DNA of 64,000 bases from Lama glama (GCA_028534125.1 CM052816.1:60886001-60950000), one strand, 5' to 3'. Counted from the stretch's first letter, positions 13,478 through 27,289 are shown. Notes: a model not told the origin generated them from the letters alone. Numbers and translations: made by a program.

Positions 13478-13650
13478 AGTGATACTTAACTTTCAGGGGC
13501 AGGGACCCCTCTGAGTATTTGATGAAGCTATAGACCCTCTTCCCAGGGAAACGCAAAGCTTTGCACACACTTCTGAGCTTCCTGGGCTCCCCGCAGCAAC
13601 CCACCCAGGACTTCACCTGCGTGAGTCCCAGGTCGCGAGTCCTGAATGGG
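13477..13650. mobile_element. hAT-Charlie-type MER fossil
   Basis: CAGTGATACTTAACTTT...GACCCCTCTGAGTATTTGATGAAGCTATAGACCCTCTTCCCAG; subfamily not assigned. Confidence 0.5.
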
Positions 13651-14623
13651 AGAATCGCGACAGCACCCTCCCGCTCTAAAGGGCGCTACCCTGTGAATCC
13701 ACCAGCAGGAGATACTGCTGAGGGATTTGTTTGAGGAGAAAGAGGAAGAAGGAAGAAGAGGAGCAAAAGAAAAGAGAATGAGGAAGAAAAAGAGAAGTTC
13801 TACTTCTAGTAACTCCAGAAGCACTTTAAAATCCAGCCGTTAGGTGAACTACGTAAGTGAATTAAACGCAATGCAATTAAACTTCATGTCAGAAAGGAAA
13901 ATGCAATGTAAAATCTTCACTCGTTTTAAAGTTACGCCCTCTCGGGAACAATAAAATAACTTATACTGAATAAAATAAAGGAAAATGGAAGCAAAAAGCA
14001 TTTACCGTAACGAAACGATTATCTCAAAATGTGATTAAATACTTGAAATTCTATGATAATTGAATTAATATTTACTTTTTTTTTAATCATCTGGTTCCTG
14101 TGACTTGACTCTTAAATCTTTTGGGAAAATAAACCTCCACTACAGGTTTTTAGTTCTGTAAGAACATATCACTACCCCCATTTTTTAAAATGCAATTTTT
14201 GCAACTCAGCAGAGCTATTCAATCTAAGAGATTTAATTAACTTGAGATGAATGTTTTGAGCCAAGCCCCAAGCAGAATACAGCCTCTTACAAACATGACA
14301 TGAACGCTGAGCCAGAGAAGCCGTGAGCTCAGTCCTGGAGATGGGGCACTAAGCTCTGCCTGGGGCTCTGTTGGTCCCTCTCCAAGTACAGGTGTTGGCC
14401 CTGATCATCTCTAGGGTCCTCTCCTGCGCTACTTTTATGAGTCTCTCTTCATCACAATCCCCAAGGCACTACCATAAATCAACAAAAGGGGCCACAACCA
14501 GTTTCCTTCCAAACACAGGAACTTGTGCATTTGTGGCTCTAAATATATAAAAGGTCCAAACTGAGCAGAAAAAGTCAAGGTAAAATAAAATCTAACCTTA
14601 TGACAATTCCCTAAACATGCTTT

Positions 14624-14754
14624 TTTTTTTTTTTGGTTTTTTTGGAGGGGGAGGCAATTAGGTTTATTTATTTATCTTTAACGGAGATCCTAGGGATTGA
14701 AACCAGGACCTCATGCATGCTAAGCACGCACTCTGCCACCAAACTCAACCCCAT
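14624..14754 (-). mobile_element. tRNA-Ala-derived camelid SINE (Vic-1 type)
   Basis: Reverse-complement head with poly-T tail; exact 13-bp TSD CTAAACATGCTTT at 14611 and 14755. Confidence 0.93.
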
Positions 14755-15149
14755 CTAAACATGCTTTCTCTAACTGCTAGGTATTCCCAGAAAGTAGAGA
14801 GGCAAGGAGCCGGAAGACAGTCTATACTTGAATATTATCAACTCGTAATTATTGATTACTAATTTGCCCTGAACATTCCTGGCTAGAGGAAAAATGTTAA
14901 ACAGTTTCCTAACTCTCAGAACTTGTAACCAAAAGTGGACAACAGCAAACTAGGCAAACATAAGTATACTTATTTTAACAAGACTTACAGTGGAGATTGC
15001 ACACTTACAGGAGCCAGGCCAGTGACGTAAAAGTGTGAATCGAGTTGTGTCTGATGTCACAGGGGGCACTGGGGAAAACAGAACCATTTTGTTAGCCAAA
15101 ATAAACGTGTCTGCAGGTGAAACTGATGCACAGGCCAAATCTAGTTTGA

Positions 15150-15262
15150 AATTCTGACTTAGAGGCTCAGAGAAGTGCCTTTTGAGATTATCCAGCTAGT
15201 GAAAGGCAGAACAAGAATTCAAACATAAGCCTTTTAGTTCTCAGACCAGTGTTTTCTCCACT
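15150..15262 (-). mobile_element. MIR SINE fragment
   Basis: GAGGCTCAGAGAAG...CAGCTAGTGAAAGGCAGAACAAGAATTCAAAC. Confidence 0.65.
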
Positions 15263-17494
15263 TACATCACAGCTTCCTTTTCTCAAAGGTTGGGGCAAAT
15301 TCCCCTCAGAGCAGACGCTGGCATCATTCTCTCCCATCCCTCTCACTGCTGCCCCTCAGACCTTGCTCCACACTCACAAGCATCAGACTCTTCTAAAACA
15401 CCACTTTTATAATGTCCCTTCTCTGCTCAAGAAGCATTAGGGCCCCACCTGTCTCTTCATGCCACCAAAGACCTCTCTAATCAGGCCCTGCTTAACTCAA
15501 ACCAAGTGACTTGAACCAGGGTAGGTTGACTCTAGGTGCTCTCAGCCTCATCATTCGTGGCTTAATCCTTTATTCACCACATTTCTCCCTTCTGGAAAGT
15601 TCTCCACACTCATTATCTAAATTCTTTGCAAATAAATAACGTGGTAACATCAATCTCAGTTTTTCACTGTAAAATGATGAGTACACAAAGGGGCTTCCTC
15701 AAACCCCTCCCAGATTCTCTTCTTGACCTGGGATGACGCTAACCTTGTGGAGTCTTCCTTTCAGTGGCTAGTAGTCCTTACATTTCTTAAAGGGCTCAGT
15801 AACAGAACAACCAGGGAACCCAAAAAGGGGCAGGTGCTCAACTTCAAAGACACACTGGTCACAAACAGGCAGAAGTTGCTCTTGTAAGGCATGAACCCAT
15901 TTTTCTGACTCATATCAATGTTCTCTGGAGGACAGTGATATCAGTCACGTGTCATACCCAGAGAGAGAAAAAGCAAGTAACATGGTTGATGGATAGAGCA
16001 CCCTCTCCATCATCCAAATCTGGCACCTTCCTTGTGGGTACAGAGAAAAGGGGCTAGGAAGAGGACCCCACGATGCTGAAAGAGAAGTGGCATCTGGGCT
16101 CATTTTTTTTCAAAACCACTGAAGCACCCTGGACACGCTTCAGGCTTTGACATTCAGAACGTCACCTAGCTGTTAACTCTCAAGGTTTATTCTCTATTTT
16201 CCTACTCATATCTTAATGGTATTTCATTTCTCTCATTTTCAGGCCGGCTCAGGTGCAATAATGAAATTCTAGGTCAGGGATCATTTTTGCACATGATCAA
16301 CCAGCTAAAAGAACAGTGAGTGCCTTTCCAAAAAATGAATTGTTCACCTGAGGTAATTAGCCAGCGGTTCCTAGTTTCTAACTATTCTCATTACAACCTA
16401 TCTCCTCCTGCCAAAGTGAGAGTGCTGTGGAATGTGGACCTTCACGTGGGCACCGTTCCCAAGTGTGGGGTTTGGAATGAGCAGAGATGCTGCCGCCTTG
16501 CATCCGCCGTGAATGAGACTCTGTCGTCGGACAGAGGCTTTCATCAGCCAGCCCGGCTGGAAACCTTTCTGTGTGAGCGGGAGCCTGCCAGACTCTCATA
16601 TCAAAAATCCACAGGCTTTATTTAACTCTCCCTGGAAGGAGGTATAAAGGTTACAAAATAATGAGGAATAGCTCTGTTGAGCAGGAACCCAAGAGTCACA
16701 ACCTCTTTGTTAAAAATGACAAAAGAGGTAGGAGATAAACTCTATGCGGAACAGAATCTGGGCTATTTAACCCGCCGAAGGGGGAGCCGGGAGGGAACAA
16801 AATCGCAGGATTCATACATATGAAGGGATATTATAATAGGGGATGCCAAGCAGCTGTTCCTGATTCCTCTGAGGACAGGTAAGAAATGGGCTTTAATAGT
16901 AGCAAAAGGATTCGCAAACATTTGAGTATGTTGGAAAGAATATATATGAAGACGGAAAACTAGTCCCTGTCCTCCTTCAGCCAGTGGGCTAGCCTCGGTT
17001 CTGCTGCTTTCTGGAGAAATAGAATGGGATAGCCACCCCCCCACCCCCGAGCGCCCCAGGACTACTGTGAGAGTAAAAAGCAACGATGAGCATTTAAATG
17101 CACAAAACTGCACGTGTTAGCAAACTCTAAGGAATCGTTACCTCGGCTTCTGGGAACACTAGGTGAGGAGTCTGATGTCGTTTCACCAGCCCTGCACTAA
17201 ATTACCTCCTGACCTCATGGGGTAGCATATAGTCACCCCCAACTTAACGTTTATTTCCCCAGAGCAAAACAGATGGAGTGTGTACATATGTGTGCTTGTA
17301 GACACCAAGAGTCCCAATGATGTCAACTTTTAAAATTCTCTTTTAGATGCTGATTTAGATCTAAATCAAAGTAACACAAAATGCTGAAGTATATGAGAGA
17401 ATAACTTGGTTTATGAGTCATTACTGAATACTGATGTCTAGGATTTTGTTATCATGTGGCTTTCAGTCTTTGCCAAAACCACCAAAATATAGCA

Positions 17495-18600
17495 TCCCAG
17501 CTGATAATGTTTTATATCTAGAAAACCCACAAGAACCCACGGAAAAACTAGATAATAGTAAAATAGTAGATTATAAAATTAATGTACAAAAATTAATAGA
17601 TTTTATACATATATACAAATAAAAAACAGAATAGAAGAGAATGCCCCATTTGTGACATCAAAACATGCAATAAAATACCAAGGTGCAAACTTAATAAGAA
17701 ATGTCCAAAATTTATATGATGAAAACTACAAAGCACTCCTTTAAGTCTCAAAAGTAAACTTGAAAAAAAAAGATATGCCATGTTTTGGCATATCAGTTAT
17801 CAGGAAGATAATATATAAATTTGATACAATGAAATATATAATTTCATCAGAATTATTTTCTGGCACAAAGCAAGTTTACTACAAACTTTGTTTGGAAGGA
17901 CATAAACAATAATAGCCAGGGGGAAAATAGAAAGACAGAAAGACAGAAAGACAGAAAGGAATGAAGGAAGGAAGAAAGGAAGGAAGAAAGGAAGAAAGAA
18001 AGGAAGAAAAACAATGTGGGGAGTATAGGGAACTAGCTTATATAAAATAAAATCTCTATAATTAAAAACACTGGTGCATTGGCACATAATTAGAGAAACC
18101 GATGGAACAGAATAGAAGATCCAGATATAGACCTAACTGCACATGAAAATTTAGTGTACAGTAAAGGAGGCATCTCAAATTGGTGAGAGCAGATAAATGA
18201 TAGGAGTATAACTGGCTAGCTATATGAAAAAATAAAATTGGATCCGTTTCTCACACCACACATTATATAAAAATCCAAATGGATTAGAGATTCAAATGTA
18301 AAACATAAAGCTATACAAATACCATAAGAAAATATAGGTAAATTACTCTAGAAGTAGAGAGAGGGAAAATTTTTCTCACTGTGGCTCAAAATTCAGAAAT
18401 ACGAGATAAGATTAATAAACTTGATTAATAATCAAAAGCTTTGGAATAAGTCAAAGCACCATGAACAAAGTAAAATACCAAATGATGAATTGGGCAAAAC
18501 TATTTGCAACTAAGGTCACAAAACGTTGATGTTTCTAATACATAAAGAAATTCTAAGAAAACAAGAATAAAGGTCCAACCCTGAAAGAAAAATACGCAAG
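17495..18600 (+). mobile_element. Old L1M ORF2 3' portion containing a (GAAA/GAAG)n microsatellite at ~17925-18010
   Basis: TATCTAGAAAACCCACAAGAA...GATTATAAAATTAATGTACAAAAATT...GATGGAACAGAATAGAAGATCCAG, decayed RT/C-terminal L1 text. Confidence 0.8.
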
Positions 18601-20790
18601 ATGATGTCAGTGAAAATGTCAGAATAAGAAACTGAAAAAGCCCTCCTCCAGAAAAGCAACTAAAACTGGCAAAACTGCCAGAATCAACTTTTTTGAAACT
18701 GGAGACAAACCAAAAGCTTGCTGCAACTTTGGGAGGACTTAATCAGCAGAAAGGGCTGGATCTCAGTAAGAACAGTGAGGTTTGTAGCATTTCACTTTCC
18801 CTAGTCCCATCACCTGTTTCTTAGCCTAACAGCAACCTTGAAAGAAACAGCCCACATTCCTAGGACCAGTGCTGATGCCAGAGGGAGCAGAAAAGACCTT
18901 ATTTGGAAAGAGTTGTCCCTAGTTGATCTCTCTGGAAGCTCCACAGAAGACTACCTCAGAAGGCATGTTTATCTCACCCACGTGGGACTCACCCTGCAGT
19001 ATGACCATGACCCAAGGGTTATGTGTCAAAAACATGTACAGGCAAATGTTTTAATTGCTGCTGTATGCAGTAGTGGGTAACAGTTGGAACAAACAATAGA
19101 TGAACTAAAAAGCTTAGAAGAAAGGCTGGGAAGGGATACACTTTGGGGAATAAGGGTTTGGAAAAGATCCAATATTTTCCTCACAATCGAGAAGACCACA
19201 CACATAAGCAGACTGTACACATGTTCAGGAAAGACCTCAGAAGGCCTTCCATTCCCAGTTCTGGCTGACCTTGACTCTCTGCGCAAACAGGAAATGAAGA
19301 CTAAGGCAGAGTTGTACACTGCCTGGCTGAGTACTGAAAGTGTGCCCCACCACACACAGAGAGTCCATGTGCAAAAACTGAGAGCTATTTTGTGTCCAAA
19401 CACTTAAGGAAATCTATATCCAATCATTAACTGACCATGAGTCTAACAGAACAGAAACTTCAGTGGTCACAAGTGTCAAAAAGATAGACTTTTAAAAATT
19501 GGTTCAGAGAAGTCACCAAAGAACAAACAACTAAAACAAGTAGAAACAACAAACTCTGAGGAAGATGGGGGATCTTATTTCCAGAGTCACCACATTGCAG
19601 TATTCAAAATGTCCAGTTTCCATTTAAAAAATTATAAGATATGGAAAGAAATAAGAAAATATGGTCCATATACAGGGGTAAAGAAACAATCAATAGAAAC
19701 TGTCCCTGAGGTAACCCAGACATTGGAGTTATTACAAAAAATATTTTGAATCAGCCATTTTATTTATTAATTATATATATATATTTTTTATTTATTAATT
19801 ATATATATATATATAATTGATTATATATATAGTTGATTTACAATGTGTTAGTTTCTGGTGTACAGCATAGTGATTCAGATATATATATAGATATATAGAT
19901 ATATATAGATATATAGATATATACCTTTTCATATTCTTTTTCATTATAAACTATAACAAGATATTGCATACAATTCCCTGTGCTATACAGTTAATCCTTG
20001 TTATTTATCTATTTTATATATAGTAGTTTTATCTGCTAATCCCAAACCCCTATTTATTTCCTCCTCCCACTCTCCTGTTTGGTAACCATAGTTTGTTTTC
20101 TATATCTGTTCTGTTTTGTAAATAAGTTCATTTATGTCTTTTTTTTTTTTTAGATTTCACATATAAGGGATATCATATGGTATTTGTCTTTCTGTGTCTG
20201 ACTTACTTCACTTAGTATGATAATCTCTAGGTCCATCCATGTTGTTGCAAATGGCATTACTTCATTCTTTTTTATGGCTTAGTAGTATTCCCATAACTTC
20301 TTTATCTAATCATCTGTTGATGGACATTTAAGTTGTTTTCATATCTTAGCTATTATAAATATTGCTGAGTCAGCTATTTAAAATATGTTCAAAGATCTAA
20401 AGGAAAGCATGCCTAAAGAACAAAAGGAAATCATGAGAAAATTTTCTTACCAAATAGAGATCGTCATTAAAGAGATAAATTATTCAAAGGAACCAAATAG
20501 AAATTCTGGAGCTGACAAATACAATAACTAAAATTAAAATTTTACTACAGGGGCACAACAGCAAATTATCGCAGACAAAAGAAAGATCAGCAAACCTAAA
20601 GAGAGGTCAGTTGTTATCATCCAGTCAGAGAAACAGAAAGAAAAAGAATGAAGAAAAATGAAAAAATGTAAGGAACATGTTGGGCTCCATCAATCATACC
20701 AATACATGCATAACAGAGTCCCAGAAGGAGAAAAGAGAGGGAAAGGGAAAGAAAGAATATTTGAAGAAATGATGGCAGAAAATAATTGGC
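18601..20790 (+). mobile_element. Old L1M 5' UTR and ORF1 fragment, interrupted by a younger L1
   Basis: L1M 5'-end-like start; ORF1 remnants such as NQIEILEL and RVPEGEKRGKGKERIFEEMMAEN (ORF track 20658-20882). Confidence 0.8.
19765..20366 (-). mobile_element. Younger L1 3' end nested in the L1M ORF1, with (TA)/(GATATA)n repeats
   Basis: Same family text as 6566-7322; TSD GAATCAGCCATTTTA (~19748) / GAGTCAGCTATTTA (~20367). Confidence 0.9.
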
Positions 20791-21199
20791 AAAGTCCTCC
20801 AAGGCTCTTAGTATTAAACAGAATATTTTCATTAAATGCCCTTTGTTACTTAGAAAGACTAACTGTAACTATTTCTTCATAGTCATAGAAAGATGATTAG
20901 GAAGAAGTCAACAAAGAATTATTAGTTTGCAAAACCACACTGGAACCTGAGCCTTTTCTTCCAGAGATAAGTGTGGAATCACTGCCAATACCTCATTAAG
21001 TGCTTCCTTTTGGCATCATCTTCTGTTCTTGCTGGCCGGAAAAACTTCTGCCATGCCCCAGACTGGTGTGGAAAAATACCACCAGGAGGATTCAGCTCTC
21101 AGAGCCAGTGTGCTTAGCAGATCACGAAAGAAGAGTATCAACAAAAGGACAGAAGCCAAACCACGGGCTGTCTCTACAGGACAACAAAACAAACAACTA

Positions 21200-21671
21200 A
21201 ATACATCAGTCTAAGAACTTCTCTCAGTCTCATGAAGCCTAGGAGGGATTTGCCCTGTATTGATTTCTTCTTCTCTGAATTGATAGAGCTGATGAGGGAT
21301 TTGCTATCATGCGACTATAGCCAGAGAGTGTGTTTATTAAGCATCTCAAACTGTTGGTTGTATGATTCAGTTTCAAATGCTCTCTCTCAGTTCTTAAAAA
21401 TCAGAGTAGGGAGACCTAGCATTGATTCACATTCAAAGAGCTGCCAGAGTTAGCAAGATGGTGGGAGGTGAAATTCAGCAGATACCACAGAGTCAAGAAC
21501 GGCTTTGCTGCTTCAATGCTCTCCTCTCTGTCTGCAGAAGCCCTTCCAAATGTAAGGAAATTGGCTCCATATGTCTTGTCTTCTCTACTTCAAAAAGGTT
21601 TCCTGAGAGTTCTTTTGCAATCACAAATCTTTCTGATTCTTTCTAATTCATCACTGTAAAGACCATTTCTC
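21200..21671 (-). pseudogene. Candidate terminal pseudo-exon
   Basis: Acceptor ctcaaccctgtttcag|G at 21671. One frame reads RNGLYSDELERIRKICDCKRTLRKPF*SREDKTYGANFLTFGRASADREESIEAAKPFLTLWYLLNFTSHHL; an adjacent frame reads ERFVIAKELSGNLFEVE. 3' end undefined. Confidence 0.5.
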
Positions 21672-21969
21672 CTGAAACAGGGTTGAGTTTTGCCAGAAGC
21701 ACTGAAGAAACAACGTAAATTAAAGATCACACTAATTCTAAAACTGAACATTTTTTCCATTTCAGATGAATACTTCTTTGTTTTATTATTACTACCTTCC
21801 TGTTAGTTTCTCTTAAAAAATATTTTTTTTAATTTTATGACCCCAGGAAAACCCTAGAATTAGGCAAGGGTGCAAGTATGCAACCAGGTTAGATCTGATT
21901 CACACCTGACTCCCAGGTATACGCTCTGTACATGGGGCTTCCCTGCATCCAGGCTACTACATGAAACAG

Positions 21970-22260
21970 TCATCGTCTATTTACTTGTCCAGCTGTGTGG
22001 ACGTGAGCAACTAAAACTCTCTGTGTCTTGATTTTCTCACCTGTAAAGTGGGAAGGATAAGAATGTTTACCTCATCATACTGAGGAATGGCACATACTAA
22101 GCATTCTGTCAGTATTTTCTGCTAGCATTATTATTATGATTAGACTGTGAGCATCTTGAACAGGAGCATTTGGTCTAATTCTACATGCCATGGTGCCTGT
22201 ATAGAAGGTGCTCAGTAAATATGGGGTGGGTAGTGGAAAGAATAAATGAATGGATGGATG
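21970..22260 (+). mobile_element. MIR followed by an L2 3' end
   Basis: TCTCACCTGTAAAGTGGGA (MIR), then TAGACTGTGAGCATCTTGAACAGG...GTGCTCAGTAAATA...GAATAAATGAATGG (L2 tail). Confidence 0.75.
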
Positions 22261-24019
22261 GGCAACCATTTAAATGAGCAGGCAGCTGTGAGAACAAGAA
22301 TGCAACCCACAGTCCCACTGAAGGTAGGCTAGAAACTTGCTAGATCCTTCTGATGAGATATGCATTGGCATGTCTATGTCCAAAGCAAAAGGTGTGTGTG
22401 TGAATAGGAGTAGCGGGTGATGGTGGGACTCCATGTTTTATTTGTTGATGTTTTTCTTATAAGAATGTATTCATCTGTATATCTGACACTGAAAGAGTGG
22501 TGATGGCTGCCCAGCCACAGAGAGATCCAGCCCCTGGAAACACAGGAGAGGCCCCAGGAACCCAAAGAGGATTCTGGAAGCGGTAGCTATTGAGAGCTGC
22601 ACATGTTCTAACTGAAGTCACTGCTACTGATTTACCTTGCCATGAAGGAGTTTCCTCAGAAAGACGTGGAAAACCACTGTGGACCAGGGAAGAAACTGTG
22701 CTGGGACATGCTTTCATTGGGAGAGCCTTGCCAAGAGTCACTGGGTTCCTTCCACACTGGGAACCACACACCCAGCGACAGGTAGGGAGATCGCTGTGCT
22801 TCTGGTTCAGGGCCTCTCAGCCTCACAACCTTGACTTTCTGGTAGAGGGTGGAGATTGTGGGTGTTTCAGTGTCTTCCTCCTAAGGAGAGAGAATGGTGG
22901 GGCTCCGGGCCAGCCACTCAGATAGCTCAGATTCTTGATGAAGGGTGTGGGTCCCTGCCCCTGTTTTGTGCTCCACTGAGGGTAAGGGAATTTCCTAATT
23001 ATCAGGCATTATTTAATCCCTTATTTGCTTGCTTTTTTTCCCCTTAGGAAGTAAAATAATAGTAATATTTTAAAGCACAAATCATAAAAAGTTGTCATAA
23101 GATATTTATTCATTTTTTTGCTAGAAGCTCACTAGTAAGCCTGGGCAAGTTATTGAACTTGGCCTTCTTCTAAGGTAGTTTTCCCATCTGTCAACTCCAG
23201 CTCCCTTTCCATTAAATATGGATAGCGTTGATCTCCACCTGCTGACTCTCCCCTTTGTGCTGATGTTTTATATTCATGGAAGCTCAGCAAGGGACAAAAT
23301 CTAGAATTCAGCGCAGAGCTTCTGTCCATTGGGTTTTCATTCAAAATTCAACAGGTAGACAGAACTCCCTGCATATGAGAAGGATGAGGTGGCTCAGGGA
23401 AGGCAAGTAATGATGCTTGCATGTGGGCTGCCACAGCTCTGAGAGCTAAAGAATGATCTTTCTCAAAGAAAGTGAGTCTGGGGATGTGAACGGTACATGC
23501 CAAGGTCACGCTGAGTGAGCTCTGCAACCCCAAAAGCCAGCAGAGTCTGAGCTATGCAAACACAATAAACTCCCATGTGCCTGGAACCAGATTTGTATCC
23601 CCGTGCTCATCTTTGCAAACTGAGATTATACAACCACATGTGGGTAATTTATCCAAAAAGCAACTAACTCTACAGCATGATGCCTAGTACCTCATGTGTG
23701 ATGATGATGCTAATGCTGTCAGAAAGTGCAAAGGTTACTAAGCAAGCTCCCTGCCCTCATAGAACTGACCACATTGTTGGTGAAACAGACCAACTGAAAA
23801 CAGAAGACAAAACTGCGCAATGGTGTAAGACAGATTTTAAGGACTGGTATCAACAAAAAGGACGGAAGGATTTGAGGAAAGGAAGACAGATGTGTACTTG
23901 AAAGGTTTTGTAGCAAGCTGGATTTTAGCTGGACCTTGAAGATTGGGTTGAATTCATGTTGGTGGAGAGGATGAGGATAAGCAGCGGAGGACGGGAGCAG
24001 CTCACGCTGTCTCACTGAG

Positions 24020-24663
24020 AACTGGTTGTTGCACTGTTCAGGAAGGTTGTCTGCCAGTTGCTAAAAGCAGTCGTTACAGAAAAATTGATTTTAAAAATAC
24101 CTGCAACTAAATAAATTATATTTACTTATAGATTAATTTATATGTATAGTATATAACTTAGATTATATAGTATTATCTAAGTAAATACCCAGAACTCATC
24201 ACTTCCTAATTGTCTTACTGCATTTTACTGTTAGCTAAGGTCTTGAGATTATTTACATCTCTTGCATCTGTAAGGTAGCATGCTGTGTATTCTTCTGGGC
24301 ACCTCTTCCTAACTCCACGCTGGGAGCATTTCCACAGCAGAAGTCTGCAAATGCTACCAGTCAGGGCTTGATCTGTTGTGTTGATGGTTGTTTAGACTTG
24401 AGAAAGTAATGGAAGAGTATTAGTAATGCAGGTTAAACTTTAAAATATATCATGTCGGTAGTTGTTACATTGTGAATAACACCCCAAAAATTAAAGAACT
24501 ACAGCACTTGAAAGTTATCCAGTTGAGCAAAAAAGTCCCTCGTGTCACTGATGAACAGTGAAGTTCTGACGTGCTCATCAATGTGAATAAATATATGACC
24601 CAATGTTCATGAAAGAACTACAATGAGAAAGGCAGTTATTAAACATTTACCAGCACACCACTG
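24020..24663. mobile_element. MER63-family hAT DNA transposon
   Basis: Ends in GTTATTAAACATTTACCAGCACACCACTGG, a MER63-like terminus; internal AAATAAATTATATTT...ACTCATCACTTCCTAATT. Confidence 0.7.
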
Positions 24664-24916
24664 GAAGGCCACGTCATAAAGAAACAACAGCGTGTGCAAA
24701 ATGGCAGAAGCTGAAATGCTCGTAGTGAAGGGGGAAGTGTGCGGTGGGAGTAACGTGGGCTGTAGTCACGGGTTCAAATCCCAGTTCTGCTACTTACTAG
24801 CTGCGCAAACTTCAGAGAGGCACATGTCACTGGCCCAGAGCTTCCTCATATGATTATAGATAATAAAAGGTCAGTCATACAGCCTTCTTATAAGAATCAG
24901 AAAGAAAATAGTGTTC

Positions 24917-25635
24917 AATAGGCAAAATATTCTCTGATATAAATCATAGCAATACTTTCCTAGATCAGTCTCCCAAGGCAAAAGAAATAGAAGCAAAAAT
25001 GAACAAATGAGACTTAATCAAACTTACAAGCTTTTGTACAGCAAAGGAAACCATAAACAAAAGGAAGGACAACCTACAGACTGGGAGAATATATTTGCAA
25101 ATGATGTGACTGACAGGGCTTAATTTCCAAAAACACAAACAGCTCATACAGCTAAATATCAAAAAAAAAAATGTAATCAAAAGCTGGGCAGAAGACCTAA
25201 ATAGACATTTCTTTAAGAAAGACATAAATGGCCAATAGGCCCATGAAACGATGCTTAATATCACTAATTATGAAGAAATGTAAATCAAAACTACAGTGAG
25301 GTATCATCTCACACCAGTGAGAATGGCCATCTCCAAAAAGTCAACAAACAATAAATGCTGGAGAGGGTGTGAGAAAAGGGAACCCTCCTACACCACTGGT
25401 AGGAATGTAAACTGGTACAGCCACTATAGAGGACAGTATGGAGGTTCTTTAAAAACTTAATAGACTTACCATATGATCCAGCAATCCCACTGCTGGGCAT
25501 ATATCCAGCAAAGATGAAAACTCTAATTCAAAAAGACACCCGCACCCCAATGTTCATAGCAGCACTATTTACAGTAGCCAAGACATGGAAGCAACCTAAA
25601 TGTCCATCAAAAGATGACTGGATAAAGAAGCTGTG
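24917..25635 (+). mobile_element. L1 ORF2 C-terminal fragment without 3' UTR or poly(A)
   Basis: TPMFIAALFTVAKTWKQPKCPSKDDWIKKL (ORF track 25514) is the L1 ORF2 Cys-rich C-terminus. Confidence 0.92.
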
Positions 25636-26204
25636 CTACCACACTGACCTTTCTGCCACTGACCTTCCACACTGCCTTGCCTTAGGTCACTGGTTCACAG
25701 CCTTGAATTCATATCGGAAACACCAACGGAGCTTTAACTAAAATGTACCCACTTCTGGATCCTCCCTCCAGAGACTGTTGTTGAATTGGTCTGAGGTGGG
25801 GCTTGAACCCCGTGTGACATGACTGCCCCTCTCCTCGGCCCACGCTGCTTACCTCTCACTTCCTGGCCCAGGCCTTCTCTGATGCCAAGACTGGAATAGC
25901 CACAGAAACCCACGGGACACAGGTGTGGGTCCACCCCAAGAAACGCACTCACGGGTAACGCTCCCCTTCTGGCCCTGTGCAGACAGTTCTGACTCGCACT
26001 GCATAAGGCTCCTCAGAAGTTCCTGCCGGCCGCCTACCGGTGGTTTGAGCAGGGGCCGACTCCAAAAATATCCCACATATTGGGTTTTTTCTCCTTCCCT
26101 GTTTGACTCCCTGGCCCCTCCCTTACTTCTGATCCTTACAATCATTTCCAGACAAATACATGCATGTGTTTGTCTCAGGCATTTTCAGACACTGTTTATT
26201 TTGT

Positions 26205-26290
26205 ATTGGGTTGGATTAAACTATATGAAATTGCCAATATTTGGCCATCCTTGACCTACAAAAATGCCAGTTTCATGTAATCGGACTAAT
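26205..26290. mobile_element. MADE2-like mariner MITE
   Basis: ~80-bp imperfect palindrome TTGGGTTGG...ATATGAAATTGCCAATATT...TGACCTACAAAAATGCCAGTTTCAT...ACTAAT. Confidence 0.7.
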
Positions 26291-26950
26291 GATTCTTTGT
26301 TTGGATTTAGCTCTTTTCCAGCAGAATGTAAGCTTCTTGAGGTCAGGAGCACTATTACTCACATCTCGTGCCCAGCACCAAATACTGAGTCTGGTACATG
26401 GTGGTCCCTCGGTAAATGCTCAGTGAGCAGGTAGTGATCTTCTCAGTGCAGGAAAGGAAAAGGGTGAGTGAAGGAGTCTCCTGTAAATAATAGGATAAAG
26501 CAGATCCCTACCTCACACTCTGCACCAAAACAAAGTCCATTTGAATTATTAAGATTAAATATTAGAAAGAAACAACTTTTTAAGGAACTAATAAAACAGT
26601 TTATAGTCCAGTGGTGGAACGAGTTATACCAGCGGAAGTCCCAGTGCACAGTGGGAAGCCCTCCACTAGCAGAAGTGTGAGCGTGAGAGGAGCAGCTAAG
26701 GCAGGCCTGGGGCTCCTCGGGGAAGTGACCACTAAGCTGAGCTCCGAAGGACAAGTAGGGATCAGCCAGGAGACGGGTGGGCGAGTGAGAGAGGTGTTCC
26801 AGGCAGAGGGAAGAGCCTGTGCAAAGGCACGGGGGAGAGAGAGTCAGTCAGAGGAAGTGAAAGCAACTGTCTGGAAGCCTTCCATGGAGATGCTAACTAA
26901 CCCATGGGGATTAAAACACCCTGATTTAGGGAAGGCATGTCAAGTCTCAC

Positions 26951-27289
26951 ACAAGTGGCAGCTGTGTCTTCCTGGGGTAGGAGCTCAGAGTTAGATTTGG
27001 ACTCCATGCTGTCTTCTTGGGCGTGTAATGAGATCTCAATGTGGGGCCAAACAGCCGCTGAATCCCTGGGGTGACTGCAGCTGTAGTCTGCATCCTGGCA
27101 GCAGCTTTGACAAGTATATATGAAAACTGGCCTGGCCCATGGGGAAGGGGCATTCTGATTCCAGGTTGGGTCCTGCACCAAATTTACATATACAAACACT
27201 GTCCATTCTCCTCTGATGGCTTGTGCGAAAGCTGCTTAGCAAGTCACTCCACTGTGGCCCAGGAGCTGTTTGAAGGGTCATGACCCAGC
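26951..27289 (-). pseudogene. Candidate pseudo-exon (339 nt, phase 0-0)
   Basis: Acceptor cccgtttctctgccag|G, donor TGT|gtgaga. Reads AGS*PFKQLLGHSGVTC*AAFAQAIRGEWTVFVYVNLVQDP...EDTAATC, with 2 stops in 113 codons. Confidence 0.55.

Noticed and set aside
24917..25635. Intact or active L1
   Set aside because: All L1 pieces in the window are short fragments with stops and frameshifts.
22450..26150. Extra pseudo-exons near 22460-22780, 23150-23345 and 25853-26145
   Set aside because: A donor or a moderately long minus-strand ORF is present, but I found no matching acceptor and phase. Left out pending a homology search.
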